Below, one piece after another: positions 25,621-37,481 of a DNA stretch of 64,000 bases. The notes under the pieces were generated by a model. It was given only the letters and a program-made list of their open reading frames with translations. It did no database searches and was not told where the DNA came from. The DNA comes from Patellaria atrata CBS 101060 (lineage: Eukaryota): the NCBI GenBank assembly GCA_010093705.1, contig MU006096.1, positions 1,138,004 through 1,202,003 on the forward strand, written 5' to 3'. Position 1 is the first letter of the stretch. The number at the start of each line of letters is the position of its first letter. A program made the translations under genes and the position numbers.

Positions 25621-27191
25621 TGGCTTTTTGGGTTAGATTTTTCTTCTCTGCACACTTTTCTTTCTCTGGAGATGGTAGCTTGGTGATATTGATACCAATA
25701 GAGCATGGTTCACTGGGACAGGTATATCTTCGCTGGGAATAATGTCGGAGTTCGCACGAGCATATAATGTACGTAGTACAATCACAACATGTTCATGCTA
25801 TGAATGAGCATAGTAACGACCTTTCAACTTTCCTTTCTACATTCATTTGCCATGAATGCAATTGTCATTTCCCGTGACCTCCATCTGCCGACTGAATATA
25901 CTCAGCCTTGCTGGGAATTCTTCATATTCATGTCTTACTGTGAACTTAGATTCTCAATGTGACTCCTTGAGCAGATCTATTCTGCTACAGGACGCAATTA
26001 TTAAGCAGCGGTTGCTCTATTATATTCTTATTTTGATAATTGGGTTCCTAACCATTTCTTATCTGATTCTCTTACAGCATCCACAACTTCATTGTAATCA
26101 CAGTATCCGATGACAAGTACATCTTATTTTAGATCCTGGTTGACTTAAAGCTCACATCTAGAGAAAAACTAATGAAAAACCATCTCGATCTTACGAGGGC
26201 CGAATCTCCGTCGGGGAGTTCTCGACCTGGTTATCGGAGCCATCTAATTCAGCTGAACGCGGGAGCGAAGAGGAATTATCGAAAATTACCTATACGGGTA
26301 ATTGAGCACGATGTATTTTGCCTAGCAGCAGTGGAGGTCGTAAATAAGATTGTTGTGCAATCTTATGCGCGCTTGTGTTCCTGCAGTAGCTTTGCACACT
26401 TTGTACATACGTTGCATTAAGCTTTGCAGGCGTATCCTAGCAATTTGGTTGGTGTCCGTTTTGGTGCAAGAGCTAAGCCACCAGCAAAACCCCTTTTGAT
26501 ATCTGTGCAATTTTGACATGGACTCGTGGAGACACCCGCTCTATCAGTAGTGTCTGTGCTGAAGGCATCATTTTCCCTTTATCTTAGGGCACAAGCTTTG
26601 GAATGAACTAGTGTTACTGTGGGTAAACCCTGCTGTCGAATGAACTTTATCTCTCAGCATGTCAGAAATCTCAGGAGTCGGGTCGGATCCGCTACAGGGA
26701 CTCATCAGGGAACATGTCTTCTATGCGTAATTCAGAGACGAGAGATTTCTCTTTACCGGTGTATTCGAAGACCGGATGATGCTTGAATTAAATCAATCTT
26801 GGTAAGCTAAATATCCTCGACACATCTTTGACAAGAATCACACCCACTTTTGACCCCCCCTTGTGGCTTACTATCTCAGGCGGCCGTCCACATCCAGCTC
26901 GGAAAATTGCCAGTTTTGGAAGAAGATCTCGTGAGGCTAAGGGGTATGGCTGTAATATATTTTAGACTTGTATCACCCCTCCGTAACACTGTCTAGCGAA
27001 TCTAGCTTCTCTATCCAAGGGTTCCTTGGTCCCTGGTCTAGACTAAACCTCCCCGTTCCATATCGATAACAGATCCTCATCTCACAAATAATTCTACATC
27101 TTTTCCCGAGTCGTTTTACAATACTTGTACGGATCATTCCTTGTGGGCTTTTTCTCTTCAGTCATTCCTTTCTTATTTGAACACTCTCTTC

Positions 27192-28659
27192 ATGATGGGC
27201 CATGCGATCATGAGACAGAATACTTTCATGCGTGGAGGTGGTGCTGCATTTCTTTTCGTGCTCATATTCCTATGGATTCTCACCTTTAAGAGACCGTCGA
27301 TACCTGCTGTTCCGGGCAGTTGGCAACCTTCGAGTGCTCAATTAGAGGTTGCTCAGTCTCCCGTTGTTCAAGATGGAATTAAGAGAGCTTCTCCCCCATC
27401 AAATCTGGGATCGTATCCCAAGATCACCTTGACGGAGCCGGCAGATGATAATATTAGGGATATTCAAAATTCCACACTTGGCGTACGTATTGCAAAAAGA
27501 GAATTGACAAGATCGTGCAGTCTGACACCGTTGTACAGTTTCAGAAGATATTCATTCTATCCATGCCAAATCGAAGTGACAAAAGAGACGCACTCACATT
27601 ATCGGCCTACCTAACCGGTTTGGATGTCGAGTTCATCGACGGCGTGAATGGCTCCCTTGTGTCCGAAAAGGCGTACCCACAGGTAACGTAACGTCCAACT
27701 ACCGTTTCAAACCCCAAGCCTAACAACTCCACCAGCCCTGGAAACAAGACGAGCCCGCAGGCACCATCGGCTGCTGGCGTGGCCACATGGAGATTTACCA
27801 GAAAATGGTCCGCGAGAAGATCTCCACCGCCATGATCATGGAAGACGACGTGGACTGGGACGTCATGATCAAAGCGCAAATGACCGAGTTCGCGCGAGGG
27901 ACCCGTTACCTGCAAAAATCCGTCTCGCCCACGCACTCCCCCTACGGCGACGGCTGGGACATCCTCTCAACCGGCCACTGCGGCATCTGGAACAAAGTCC
28001 GCGAAGACCAAGACTACTGGGTCTCGGAGAACGATCCCACAGTTGTCGTTCCCATCCAGCGCGAATGGTGGCGCAAACCAAACCTCACTCCCCCAGCGCT
28101 GGCCGGGGACCGCTCCCGCGTCGTCATGAGCCCGTACCAACTGTCATGTCTGGCCTCGTACGCGGTCTCACTTCGCGGCGCCGCGCGCATCATCTACGAC
28201 CAGGCCATCCTGCCCAACGCGCAGGGCATCGACTCTGGCCTCGGCGCCATCTGCAAGCGCCACGAGTACGGCTTCAACTCCTGTCTCGCGGCGTACCCCA
28301 TGATCACGGGCGTGCATCGCCCTGCCGGCGATATGACCAGAGAGTCGGACCGTAAGACCCTGCGTACCGGCCGCGTCAGGGAGAAGGCCCAGTCGGATAA
28401 CCTCATGTTTCCTGTTCGTATGAATTTGGGCTCATTGCTGCTGGGCGACACGGTGGTTAAAGCGCAGTGGCCCGATCACGCTATGGTTCAGGAGCTTGAT
28501 ACGAGGACTTATGAGCTTCCGAGGGGGAGGGGCGTGTTTGTTAGGGGGGATGAGTATATTAAGGATGTCCCTGAGGAGGAACAGAAGGTCTTGACTGATA
28601 CAGCTCAAGTGGAGAAGAAGGCGGTAACTGAGACCGAGGAGAAGAAGGCGGAGGAGTAA
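27192..28659 (+). CDS. Glycosyltransferase family 25, type II membrane protein, 3 exons
   Basis: IQNSTLG|FQKIFILSMPNRSDKRD, FIDGVNG, GTIGCWRGHM, IMEDDVDWD, SPYGDGWDILSTGHC, YAVSLRGA. Introns at about 27483-27538 and 27683-27735. Confidence 0.9.
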
Positions 28660-29177
28660 CAGGATCCCATGTAGTTTTTCTCTTTTTAGGGTAGCTTGAC
28701 TTCGTGTATCTATTTTTGGGGTTGTGGGCAATTTGGTGACTCTTGTTTTGAGTACTGTTTCTGGAAAGATGGCTACTGGAGTATCCGTGGAGTAGGGGAA
28801 TTAAATCGATCAATTTGATTATGTTCTTTCAAATTGAGACTGTCGCCAGTTTAGGAGACCCTTATGATTGTTGATTCTAAGTTACTATACTTATCAATTC
28901 GACCCCTTTCTAGTCTTTAGCCTGTCCGTGCAATTCACTTCGAATTCTTATTCGATTCAAAGTGCACAGTAAGTTGACAAGGGAGCAAATATAGATATGC
29001 AGAGAATTCGGAATATATATCAACGACGAGTAGTCTTAAGATTATACTATACAAGCTGATCCGTCAAGAGTCTATCAAAACAAACCTAACGCCGCCCTCC
29101 TAAACGCCATCCCTTAAAACCCCACCGTTCTACATCAATCTAAACACCCCCCCCCCCCCCCTCTCCCTTACTTCCCT

Positions 29178-30530
29178 TCAATTCGGCCTCTCAAACGGCA
29201 AATACTCCTCCTTCGCAACCCACACGCCCCTCCCCCTCGGATAAACCCCGCTCGTCAAATTCCACTCCTCAAGCATACTTTCCCCCGGCCACTGCGTCAA
29301 CACCGATCCCTCGCCCCCCAGAATCCTCTCCAGATTCAGTCTCGTGCTAAACACGATCTGGCCCGTGACCGCCTTCTCCCTGAAACCCCCCGCGCGATCC
29401 TCACGATCCGAGTCTTTAGCCGTCGTCCCCGCAGCCCTATGCGTCCCAATAAGCGTCGGATACGGCGCGATACAGCGAAACCCCAGGGGCCGATCATTAC
29501 ATATTTTCTGCAGCGCGCGATCGGAGACGGCGGCCTCGCCGCTGATGGCCTGGTGGTAGAGCAGCCGTCGCGCCCCGCGCAGCGAGAGCGCGTACCCGAA
29601 CATGCAGAGCCCGCGCACGGGCTCGTACACGATGCGGTTGTAAGTCCCGGCGAGTGGCGCGGGGGTCATGTTGGGTTGCCGTCGGGGGTAGCCCCATTGG
29701 CTTTGTGGGACGGCGGTTGGGTCGGACGGGATGAGGTAGTAGGGCTGGTCGCGGTCTTCGCGGTTGCGGGTGCCGCAGTGGCCGAGCCAGAGGAGGTCCC
29801 AGTCGGTACCGTAGGGGGAGTCGGGCGTCGTGGCTGGGAGGGTCTGGTGCGAGGTTGTTGGGGAGAGGGATTCGATGTGTAAGGTGGCCCGGGCGAATTC
29901 GGCCATTTGGGCTTTGAGGGTTACGTCCCAGTCGGCGTCGTCTTCCATTATGAGGGCGCTGGGGATCTGTTCGCGGACGATTCTGGATGGGGGGTTAGTG
30001 GAGGGAGGGGCGAGAGGGGGGTGGAGGTACTTTTGGATTGCGTTCATGTGGGCGCGCCAGCAGCCTAGGGTGTGGTTGTCTTCGCCTTCTGGCCAGCCCT
30101 TAGTGAGGATGTTAGATTCGGATCTTTAAAGGTGTACGTAGATATGTGCTCTTACAATTGGGATAGCTTTTTCCGGTACTAAAGCGCCGTTGACGCCATC
30201 AAGGAATTCGATTTTGAGGCCAGTAACTGATGCTGCGATAGACAACGCGTCTCTCTTATCCGTCCGGTCGGCCATGGAATTGACAAAGATTCTTGAAAAC
30301 TATAGACCATATTAAATTGTTGAACGTTTTCTGGTATGCGGTAGAGGACATACACCCAAAGTCTCATTTTGCGTTCTCCATAATTCATCCTCCCCATTCT
30401 GTCCCTGAACCCCCCGCGACCTCCCAGAACTCGATGACAACGGCGAAGAAAACAGATTAGTGAATGTCAAATATGCGAATATAAGGAATGTGACCGCCAG
30501 AATTGGCGTAGAAGTGCCTCGCGGCAGCAT
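29178..30530 (-). CDS. Glycosyltransferase family 25 paralogue, multi-exon
   Basis: TQNETLG|F...SMADRTDKRD, LGCWRAHMNA, IMEDDADWD, SPYGTDWDLLWLGHC, YALSLRGA; N-terminal TM anchor. Confidence 0.9.
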
Positions 30531-32259
30531 TTTGACAATGACCTCAAATATGAACAGAGAAAAAGTTCAACAGCAATACTACGAGAAAATGGCCAAAAGA
30601 GGGGGGTCCTAGGTGCTCCTGGGCCCGGTGCGGGCAAACAAGAGGCCTAAACTAGGGGTCGATACCGCCAAAATGGAACCATCTGATCCCCCGATTTGAT
30701 TTGCCTCATGGGTAGGGGCACGGCAAAATGAGAGCTGAGATCAAAGGCACGCGAGAGACTACGGTATGCGGTGTGCAGTCATAGTATGGAATAGGGGTTT
30801 CGATTAGACCAAAATAGCGAAATCTGAATAGCGAGGTATCATTACACTAAAGGTGTCCCGTCTACACCCAGTTTCCGGTATCGATCGCGGCAGTATCTAA
30901 ACCTCTTATCCGAATCAGGGGTAAATGCTAAAACCTGTTAGCTGTTGACTAACGCAGCCCTAACGCGAATCCCAGACCACACTTACCCTTCCTCTGGGAA
31001 ATGCCGGATCTCTTCTTTTTCCCTCACGATGTCTCTTTCGTGGCGTTCCCATGGCTTGCTGAGAACGTTAATAAGTCTACGCGCCGCGTCGTCCTTTTTC
31101 CTCTGTTTACAAATTTCAGATCGTGACAGCCTCGTGGACCTGTGCTGCGCTACTTGCTCTTCTCATCTGTCACACTGCTTCCGGCGGCAACGAATTTGAC
31201 ACAGCCCGCGCGCCAGGTTGAATGGTTCTCTTATTAATTTTCTCCTTGCTCTTATCTGGGTAGCTAGGTTGCGGAGCATTCCTCGACTCAAGCTTCAGGC
31301 CTCAGCGTCCCGATGGTATCGTACTTTGCTGTGAGCTGGGCCGATGCTGGGTCGATTCAATATTAAAAAGAAGCCAGGACATCCATGATCGTAGAAAAGC
31401 GTACGGAGTAGAGTTAAGGCGATAAGACTCCATGATAAGCACTGTGGTCCGTACTCGTATTATAGAAAAAGAGACTTCCTTTTGACTGCTGATTGAATAT
31501 GAGCTTATGAATCTCCACCTCGGAGCCTCCATGGTTGTGTCGATTTCTTTTCAACTACGCTATTCTATTTTCAGCTTGCGTCGGTGATATCGATCAATTT
31601 CATTCTCTGTTCAACTCTCAAGACATGAATCTATAGACGTACGGTAGAATGAGTGATGATTATTATTCATCGGTCATGGCGAGCGTCTCTTTGTAATATG
31701 CTCATATCAGAAAGAGACGAACATAGTGATATCCAGCCAACATTTCGAACTGTATCAAACAAGTCAAACCTTTGTTTACTAGTGTGACGTAAAACATCTT
31801 GTAGGCAGTTATAGGCACGTGTCAGGTGAAGACTTCAGGAGCATCATTATTCACTGTTTATTTCACCTCTACTTCCTCTTCACTTACAAGTCTCAACTAC
31901 GCTTTTCTGAAATAACAATGCACTTACTCGAACACAAACCAAAAATCCCTTGCAGTTTCGAAAACTCTGAAACCTGATTGGTTTACTAAATTCTGTGAAG
32001 ACCCTTCGTTGACTTGTGTTGTGTTTTGACATCGTCCGCGTGCACTTAAATCCTACCCGTCGACATGAATTTAAACCTCGAACTGAGGTCGCAATCTTAA
32101 CCTTCCACCTCTTCTTTCGACATTTCTTCAGAAGTGTCCTTACACCTTATCAATCTTGCTAACAATCCAACGCGTTGCGGAGAATCTTGACAGTACGACA
32201 ACTCACAAATAACGAAACTAGTCCCTAACTTATCGAAACTCTTCGAGAGTCTAACCCAT

Positions 32260-33774
32260 ATGTCGCTTCTGATTATCAACCCGCTGGTAGAACAGCGTCC
32301 CACAAGATACTTGGCCAAATTCAGCTCCAACGAGCAATGCTTCAACACACTTGGCGATCCAGGACAACATGTCCATATGACACATTACTACTATCCCGAC
32401 CTCGCTATGGTACCACGCGGCAAGACAGCATTCGTGCCTGGCGTTCCAAATGAAGATCATCGACCTCGTTTCAACCCAGGTCCTCGGCCAACCAATATAG
32501 AAGATGTGGAAATGTGGGCTGCTTCCAAAATCTACGAGCCAGAGATGGACCCCCAGACCAGGCTAGAGTGGCCGAATGAGACCCTTGAACAAGCTATGAA
32601 TCGCGTCAGCGCGTTTTGGGGTAAGACACAGTTACATATCGTCACATACAGAAATCCCGGCAGCAATTGCCGTTTTAGCGTCGAGCGGCGAACCTGGTAT
32701 AGATGTTCCAACATCTACGAATGTCGGAGATATGATTTTAGTTTCTGGGATTTTGATGAAAACATGAACTCCTCCCAGCTCTGGAACGATATCCATGAAC
32801 TCGTTTGGCGCAGAAGCAACCGTGCATGGTGGCATGTACACTGCAAGATCGAAGAACAACGGGCCAGGATGGATCCCCCGGAGACCGATTGGCCAGAGGA
32901 GCCTGTCTCTGGAGGAGTAGGACTCTATGTGCAAGTTGTTTCATTGTCAACGGTTCCTAGCGATGAGCGTTCCTGCACTATCTGTTCCGACCAGTATCCC
33001 GACACTCCAAACAATAGTGAATCCCAAGTGGTGAAGCTTTCCTGCGGCCACATCTTTTGCAGAGGCTGTATATCGAGATGGCTCATCAGTCCGTTCACTG
33101 GCAATCGTGTGAATACATGCCCGCAATGTAGGCAGACTCCAATGGTAATCAACCCTGACGCTGCCAGTAGTCCGATGAGTCCATGGACAAAATTCTGGAG
33201 GGGATTGGAAAACAGACTTAGTAGAGATTTAGACACGAATCCCACCCATGATATGGTAAAAGTATGTCACAGAACAATGATGTTCATCTATGACCTGGTC
33301 CTGGAATCTCGAAGCAACCAAGAACTTACGGGCTATGTTGACAAGAGGTATCAATTTTGGAACTATCGATGCATGAACACCATCAAGTTCGGACTCAGTA
33401 AGGCCCTCTGCGGCGAAGATGGGAAGCTCTGGAGTATGGTTAATCTTGCTAACGCAATCGATGTCGAAATCGGGAAGCACTTGAGAACAGCGGAAGACGA
33501 GATCATTGTCCCGCCTGGATTTGGACCCTTCATGTTCTGCGTGATCCGGCGTATGGTAAACAGCTTGCGTGGAGAGCACGCCTCCATCGTCTTTATGATG
33601 GAATCACAATTGAAGAACAAGCCGGAGAATACAGACACCGAGAGGTCTAACAATTGGTTTGACCAAGAGCTAGACATGGACTATGAGGAAACGGACGACC
33701 ACGAAGTTACTTTTGATTATAACATCCTGCCTCAGCTAACGGAGCAGCAGCGACGTGAAGGGCCCCAATACTGA
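32260..33774 (+). CDS. RING-HC zinc-finger protein (putative E3 ligase), otherwise unrecognised; start uncertain (32260 or 32378)
   Basis: CTIC...KLSCGHIFCRGC...W...TCPQCR within a 504-codon intronless ORF. Confidence 0.8.
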   Translation: MSLLIINPLVEQRPTRYLAKFSSNEQCFNTLGDPGQHVHMTHYYYPDLAMVPRGKTAFVPGVPNEDHRPRFNPGPRPTNIEDVEMWAASKIYEPEMDPQTRLEWPNETLEQAMNRVSAFWGKTQLHIVTYRNPGSNCRFSVERRTWYRCSNIYECRRYDFSFWDFDENMNSSQLWNDIHELVWRRSNRAWWHVHCKIEEQRARMDPPETDWPEEPVSGGVGLYVQVVSLSTVPSDERSCTICSDQYPDTPNNSESQVVKLSCGHIFCRGCISRWLISPFTGNRVNTCPQCRQTPMVINPDAASSPMSPWTKFWRGLENRLSRDLDTNPTHDMVKVCHRTMMFIYDLVLESRSNQELTGYVDKRYQFWNYRCMNTIKFGLSKALCGEDGKLWSMVNLANAIDVEIGKHLRTAEDEIIVPPGFGPFMFCVIRRMVNSLRGEHASIVFMMESQLKNKPENTDTERSNNWFDQELDMDYEETDDHEVTFDYNILPQLTEQQRREGPQY

Positions 33775-34626
33775 GAGCTGAGGGTTGTTCTTCGAGCAGC
33801 CTTGAGCATCAGTTCTTTGGCCGGTGCCCTTGAACAGCCACCACGACAGCATCATCGACTAGTTCTATACTTCTTGGACCTCCCGCGAACGTGTTGAACT
33901 TAGTGTCTTCAAAGTTCAGCACGCCTTTACTTGTCTCCTTATCTCTTTAGCACTCTGTTCCCTTACTTTACGACTTGCGACTGGAGAAACCCGCATGATT
34001 CACCGGTAAGTATTAGCAGTAGGATTGTAAAATATGATGATATTGGCATGCTTGGTTACGAACGAAGTTTAAAAATTCTCACGAGAGATTCAGGTAATGT
34101 CAGAATGTTTTGAAGCTGGCTGGAAGCAAGGAGAAGAACATGTCTTGATTGGATAGCTAAACCTCAGGATGAAGAGAGAGACCATTCGACAAAGTTGTAT
34201 AGTATCTTAGTACGGCAATGATAAAAGCTTTTCAAATATTTGATTGCACCGTACTGTAGTTTTTTAGCCCAAAACGGTGATGTCACTAAGCAGACCTAAA
34301 TCAGATCACATTTGTCATACAGTGAAAGAAATCCTTATTACATATAAGTAAAGAAGAATATTTCTTGCTTCATGTTTGATACCTTATTCTGTATGACAAG
34401 ATGATGTAGGTTGATCTGCGGATACAATGCTGATATAAGCAGATTTTGAAATTACCTGCACTTGAGCCTCATCTTACGATGCCGGCGCCTCCGAACCGCA
34501 TCATCACCAACGTCTTTTCTCCACCACCGTCTAGTCCGAAGAACATACACCTTTCGCTACCGTGCTATTGAAGAGGCCCTTGATTCTACACAAAACAGAG
34601 CCCTTCTGGGCAATTCAAACGCCAAC

Positions 34627-35683
34627 ATGGCACGGAGATCGATTTTCGAGATTCCAAAACCCAAGGTAACCTCCCTCTTGCCTGCCCCGAGACAAAGCTT
34701 CTGAGACATATGTCCCTTCTATATCACGTATTGGATACATTACACAGAGATTAACATACATATTATAGACATTCCTCTACCTCATGTCCCTCCGAACCGG
34801 TACTGAACTCATAACCCTAACCGTCCTTATCAATAAAATCTCCGGCTTCTATGGCATCCTCGCGCTTTTCACAGGCTTCCACCTCTCCTGGCTGCAACTA
34901 TCCATGTACATATACTCCATCCTAGCCGTCGTACTGACAGCATATCTCGCGCCACACATCCGGAAAGCATCGCCACTACAATGTCTCGCGCTCGCCTGGT
35001 TCTACACCATCGACTCCATCATCAACGCCATCTTCACCGCCGTCTTCGGCGTCGCATGGTTCGTCATCCTTGCCCAGCACGCCGGGGAGAGGGACCCAAC
35101 CCCAGGCGGTAAGACTATCGACGACACCGCCGGCTTCACGAGCCCCAAATACAACGTCAGCAAGGTAGACGTGGTAGCGACACCCGCGGACGCAACCGTA
35201 CCCGCTCAGGACGCCGTGGCCATCGGATCCGGCGGACCGGCCGGCATCGGCAACGCCGTCTTCCAGAGCGGCAGCATGATGAGCATCACCGTCATCAGCG
35301 CCCTCTGGTGCCTGCGCGTCTACTTCATCTTCGTCATGATGGCGTATGCGCGCCTCGTGCTGCGCCAGCATATCACGCAGACTGCTGCCTCGAACTACCA
35401 GCTCCATACCGGCAGCACGTCGGAATCGGTGGCGGAAAACCCGTTCGCGGAGGACAAGGAAGAGGGCAAGGGATGGCAGGGCAATCTGGGTAGGGCTATG
35501 GTCAACGTCGGCAAGAAGTACTGGCTCGGTAATGATGAGGATGGCGAGTGGATGCGGAACGTTGGAGGTAGATTTCGCAAGAGCACTGAGCCGGTAGGTG
35601 TGCTAGAGCGCGAAAGGAGGAGGAGAAGCGGTACCGGGCCGCCGGCTCCTCACAAGATGCCTCAGTTCGTTGAACAGAGGTGA
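34627..35683 (+). CDS. KEI1: Inositol phosphorylceramide synthase regulatory subunit Kei1 (DUF1753)
   Basis: Spliced ...PKPK|TFLYLMSLRTGTELI, NKISGFYGILALFTG, WLQLSMYIYS, LRVYF; C-terminal ERERRRRSGTGPP. Intron at about 34666-34768. Confidence 0.88.
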
Positions 35684-36923
35684 GTCAGGGTAGGCTTCGG
35701 TGGTGATATTCTGATGACGATGCTACACAGAGTTGAGTTGGGACCGATGGATTCACGTTGGATAGGGTAATGGTGAGGGGAAGTACAGCTGGTTCACTAC
35801 GTTGGATTCCGCTGGATGTAAGACCATGAGCAAGTCTATTCTCAACCTACGTACAGTACAGTAGAGTGCATACAACATTAATACCCAATTCGCACAAAGG
35901 GGTTTTTTATAGCAGTCTTGTTACACGGTCTATGTAGATAGAGAATCCTAGTCTCACGTGTGAATATAATTCCATGATACTCCGTCTACACAGCGATTAT
36001 TCTGGAACTACATACGATCACACTGGGGATGTCAATTGTAAGGTACGTGTTCGTATAACTAACCCTTAGGTAGCAAATACACTATCGGTAACCTCCCCTC
36101 ACACCTTGAACTTGTGATTGTAGCAGATCATTAATAGAAACCTATACAAATCCGACATATCACAAAACGTCCAAATCCCCCATCACGAATCATTCATGAG
36201 ATCCCAAACCCTCATCACGCAACCAATAGGATCGTCAGGCACGTCCCCGACCTGGCGTCGTCGATCACCCGCAAGCCGCATACATATCAAAGATGTCATT
36301 CATCCATGACCACAGTCTGAAATCATCCCAAGCACGGCAACTGACAAACATCATGCACTCAGGTAGGTTTTACGAAGGCAATTGATACCGAGGGCGAGGG
36401 ATCGTGTGGTACAGTACGAACAACGTCGGCGATCACTGCTTTCTACGTATTTTCAGGAACACATGCCCCTGACTTGGTCGAAAGTTCAAGAATCAAGAAT
36501 CCGGAATATACGTGCGTATAGAAGTGTTGGGTATCTAGGCTATACCTCCCATCTCTGCAATGGAGAGCGTGAGGACGCCCTTCCGATCAGTTCGGTTAGA
36601 TTGGGAAAGCCCTGTCATGACTCCTGCTGTGCTCTGTGGGTGAAAAAGTGATGCCATCATCTTCCATAGCAGCTCCCAATTCCAGGTCCCAGACGTCATT
36701 AAAATGCCTCTACCCGAGCCTTAGGAATGTGATTTGTACGTCAGGGTTACGCATCTTGACATCAGTATGTCATGACGTTCTCTCCCCCCTCTTCGAACCA
36801 GAAGGTTATAAAGAAGGGTACCGTAGCCCTCTGCTCTCTATTTCGTCTCCACACAACATTCAACTCCACAAAACCTACAACTTCACCTCATATCAACCAG
36901 AAAACCACAAACCTCACGTCAAA

Positions 36924-37244
36924 ATGACCGATAACGAGAACCCCGGAAACTTCGCCAACCGTCCCAAGGACGAGGTTCGAGAAATCGCTCGCAAGGGTGG
37001 CCAGAGCAGCCACTCTGGTGGATTTGCGAGCATGGATCCCGACAAGCAGGCAAGTTTGAACTTTAACATCTCAGCTCCATCCTTCTTTTGAACTCGTTGT
37101 GCTGACCCTTCACAGAGGGAAATCGCATCCATGGGCGGCAAAGCCTCAAGCGGCTCCTTCGAGCCCGGCAGCGAGAAAGCGAAGGAAGCTGGCCGTAAGG
37201 GCGGATCGGTCACCAAGGCCGATACCATGGACGATGACGAGTAG
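36924..37244 (+). CDS. con-10: Conidiation/stress protein Con-10-like (KGG repeats), 2 exons joined by a GC-AG intron
   Basis: MTDNENPGNFANRPKDEVREIARKGGQSSHSGGFASMDPDKQ|REIASMGGKASSGSFEPGSEKAKEAGRKGG. Intron 37050-37115; TATA-like TTATAAA at about 36806. Confidence 0.93.
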
Positions 37245-37481
37245 GGTGGTATGGGATCGGAACGTCTATTCGGAACCGATTGATCCTGAGTGGTACTCGG
37301 GTGATTGATTTGCCATCAAGAGATGTGGCTTTTGTTGCCGATGTCATAGGCAATTGAATGAAAAACAATCTTCCTAAAACTTGTGCTGTCTCTTGTTCTG
37401 TGACATTGCGATATCCTTGCGTCTATCAAAGTCACATAATGGATATGTAGCAACTTCATCTTGAACTGGATTGAGCAGAAA

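Noticed and set aside
15520..30530. Secondary-metabolite biosynthetic cluster or RiPP (dikaritin/KEP) locus
   Set aside because: No PKS, NRPS, terpene synthase or DUF3328 gene, and the secreted protein lacks KR-delimited repeated core peptides.
30945..31532. Minus-strand charged peptide fragments suggesting a decayed gene
   Set aside because: Interrupted by stops, no family recognised; cannot be supported without a search.
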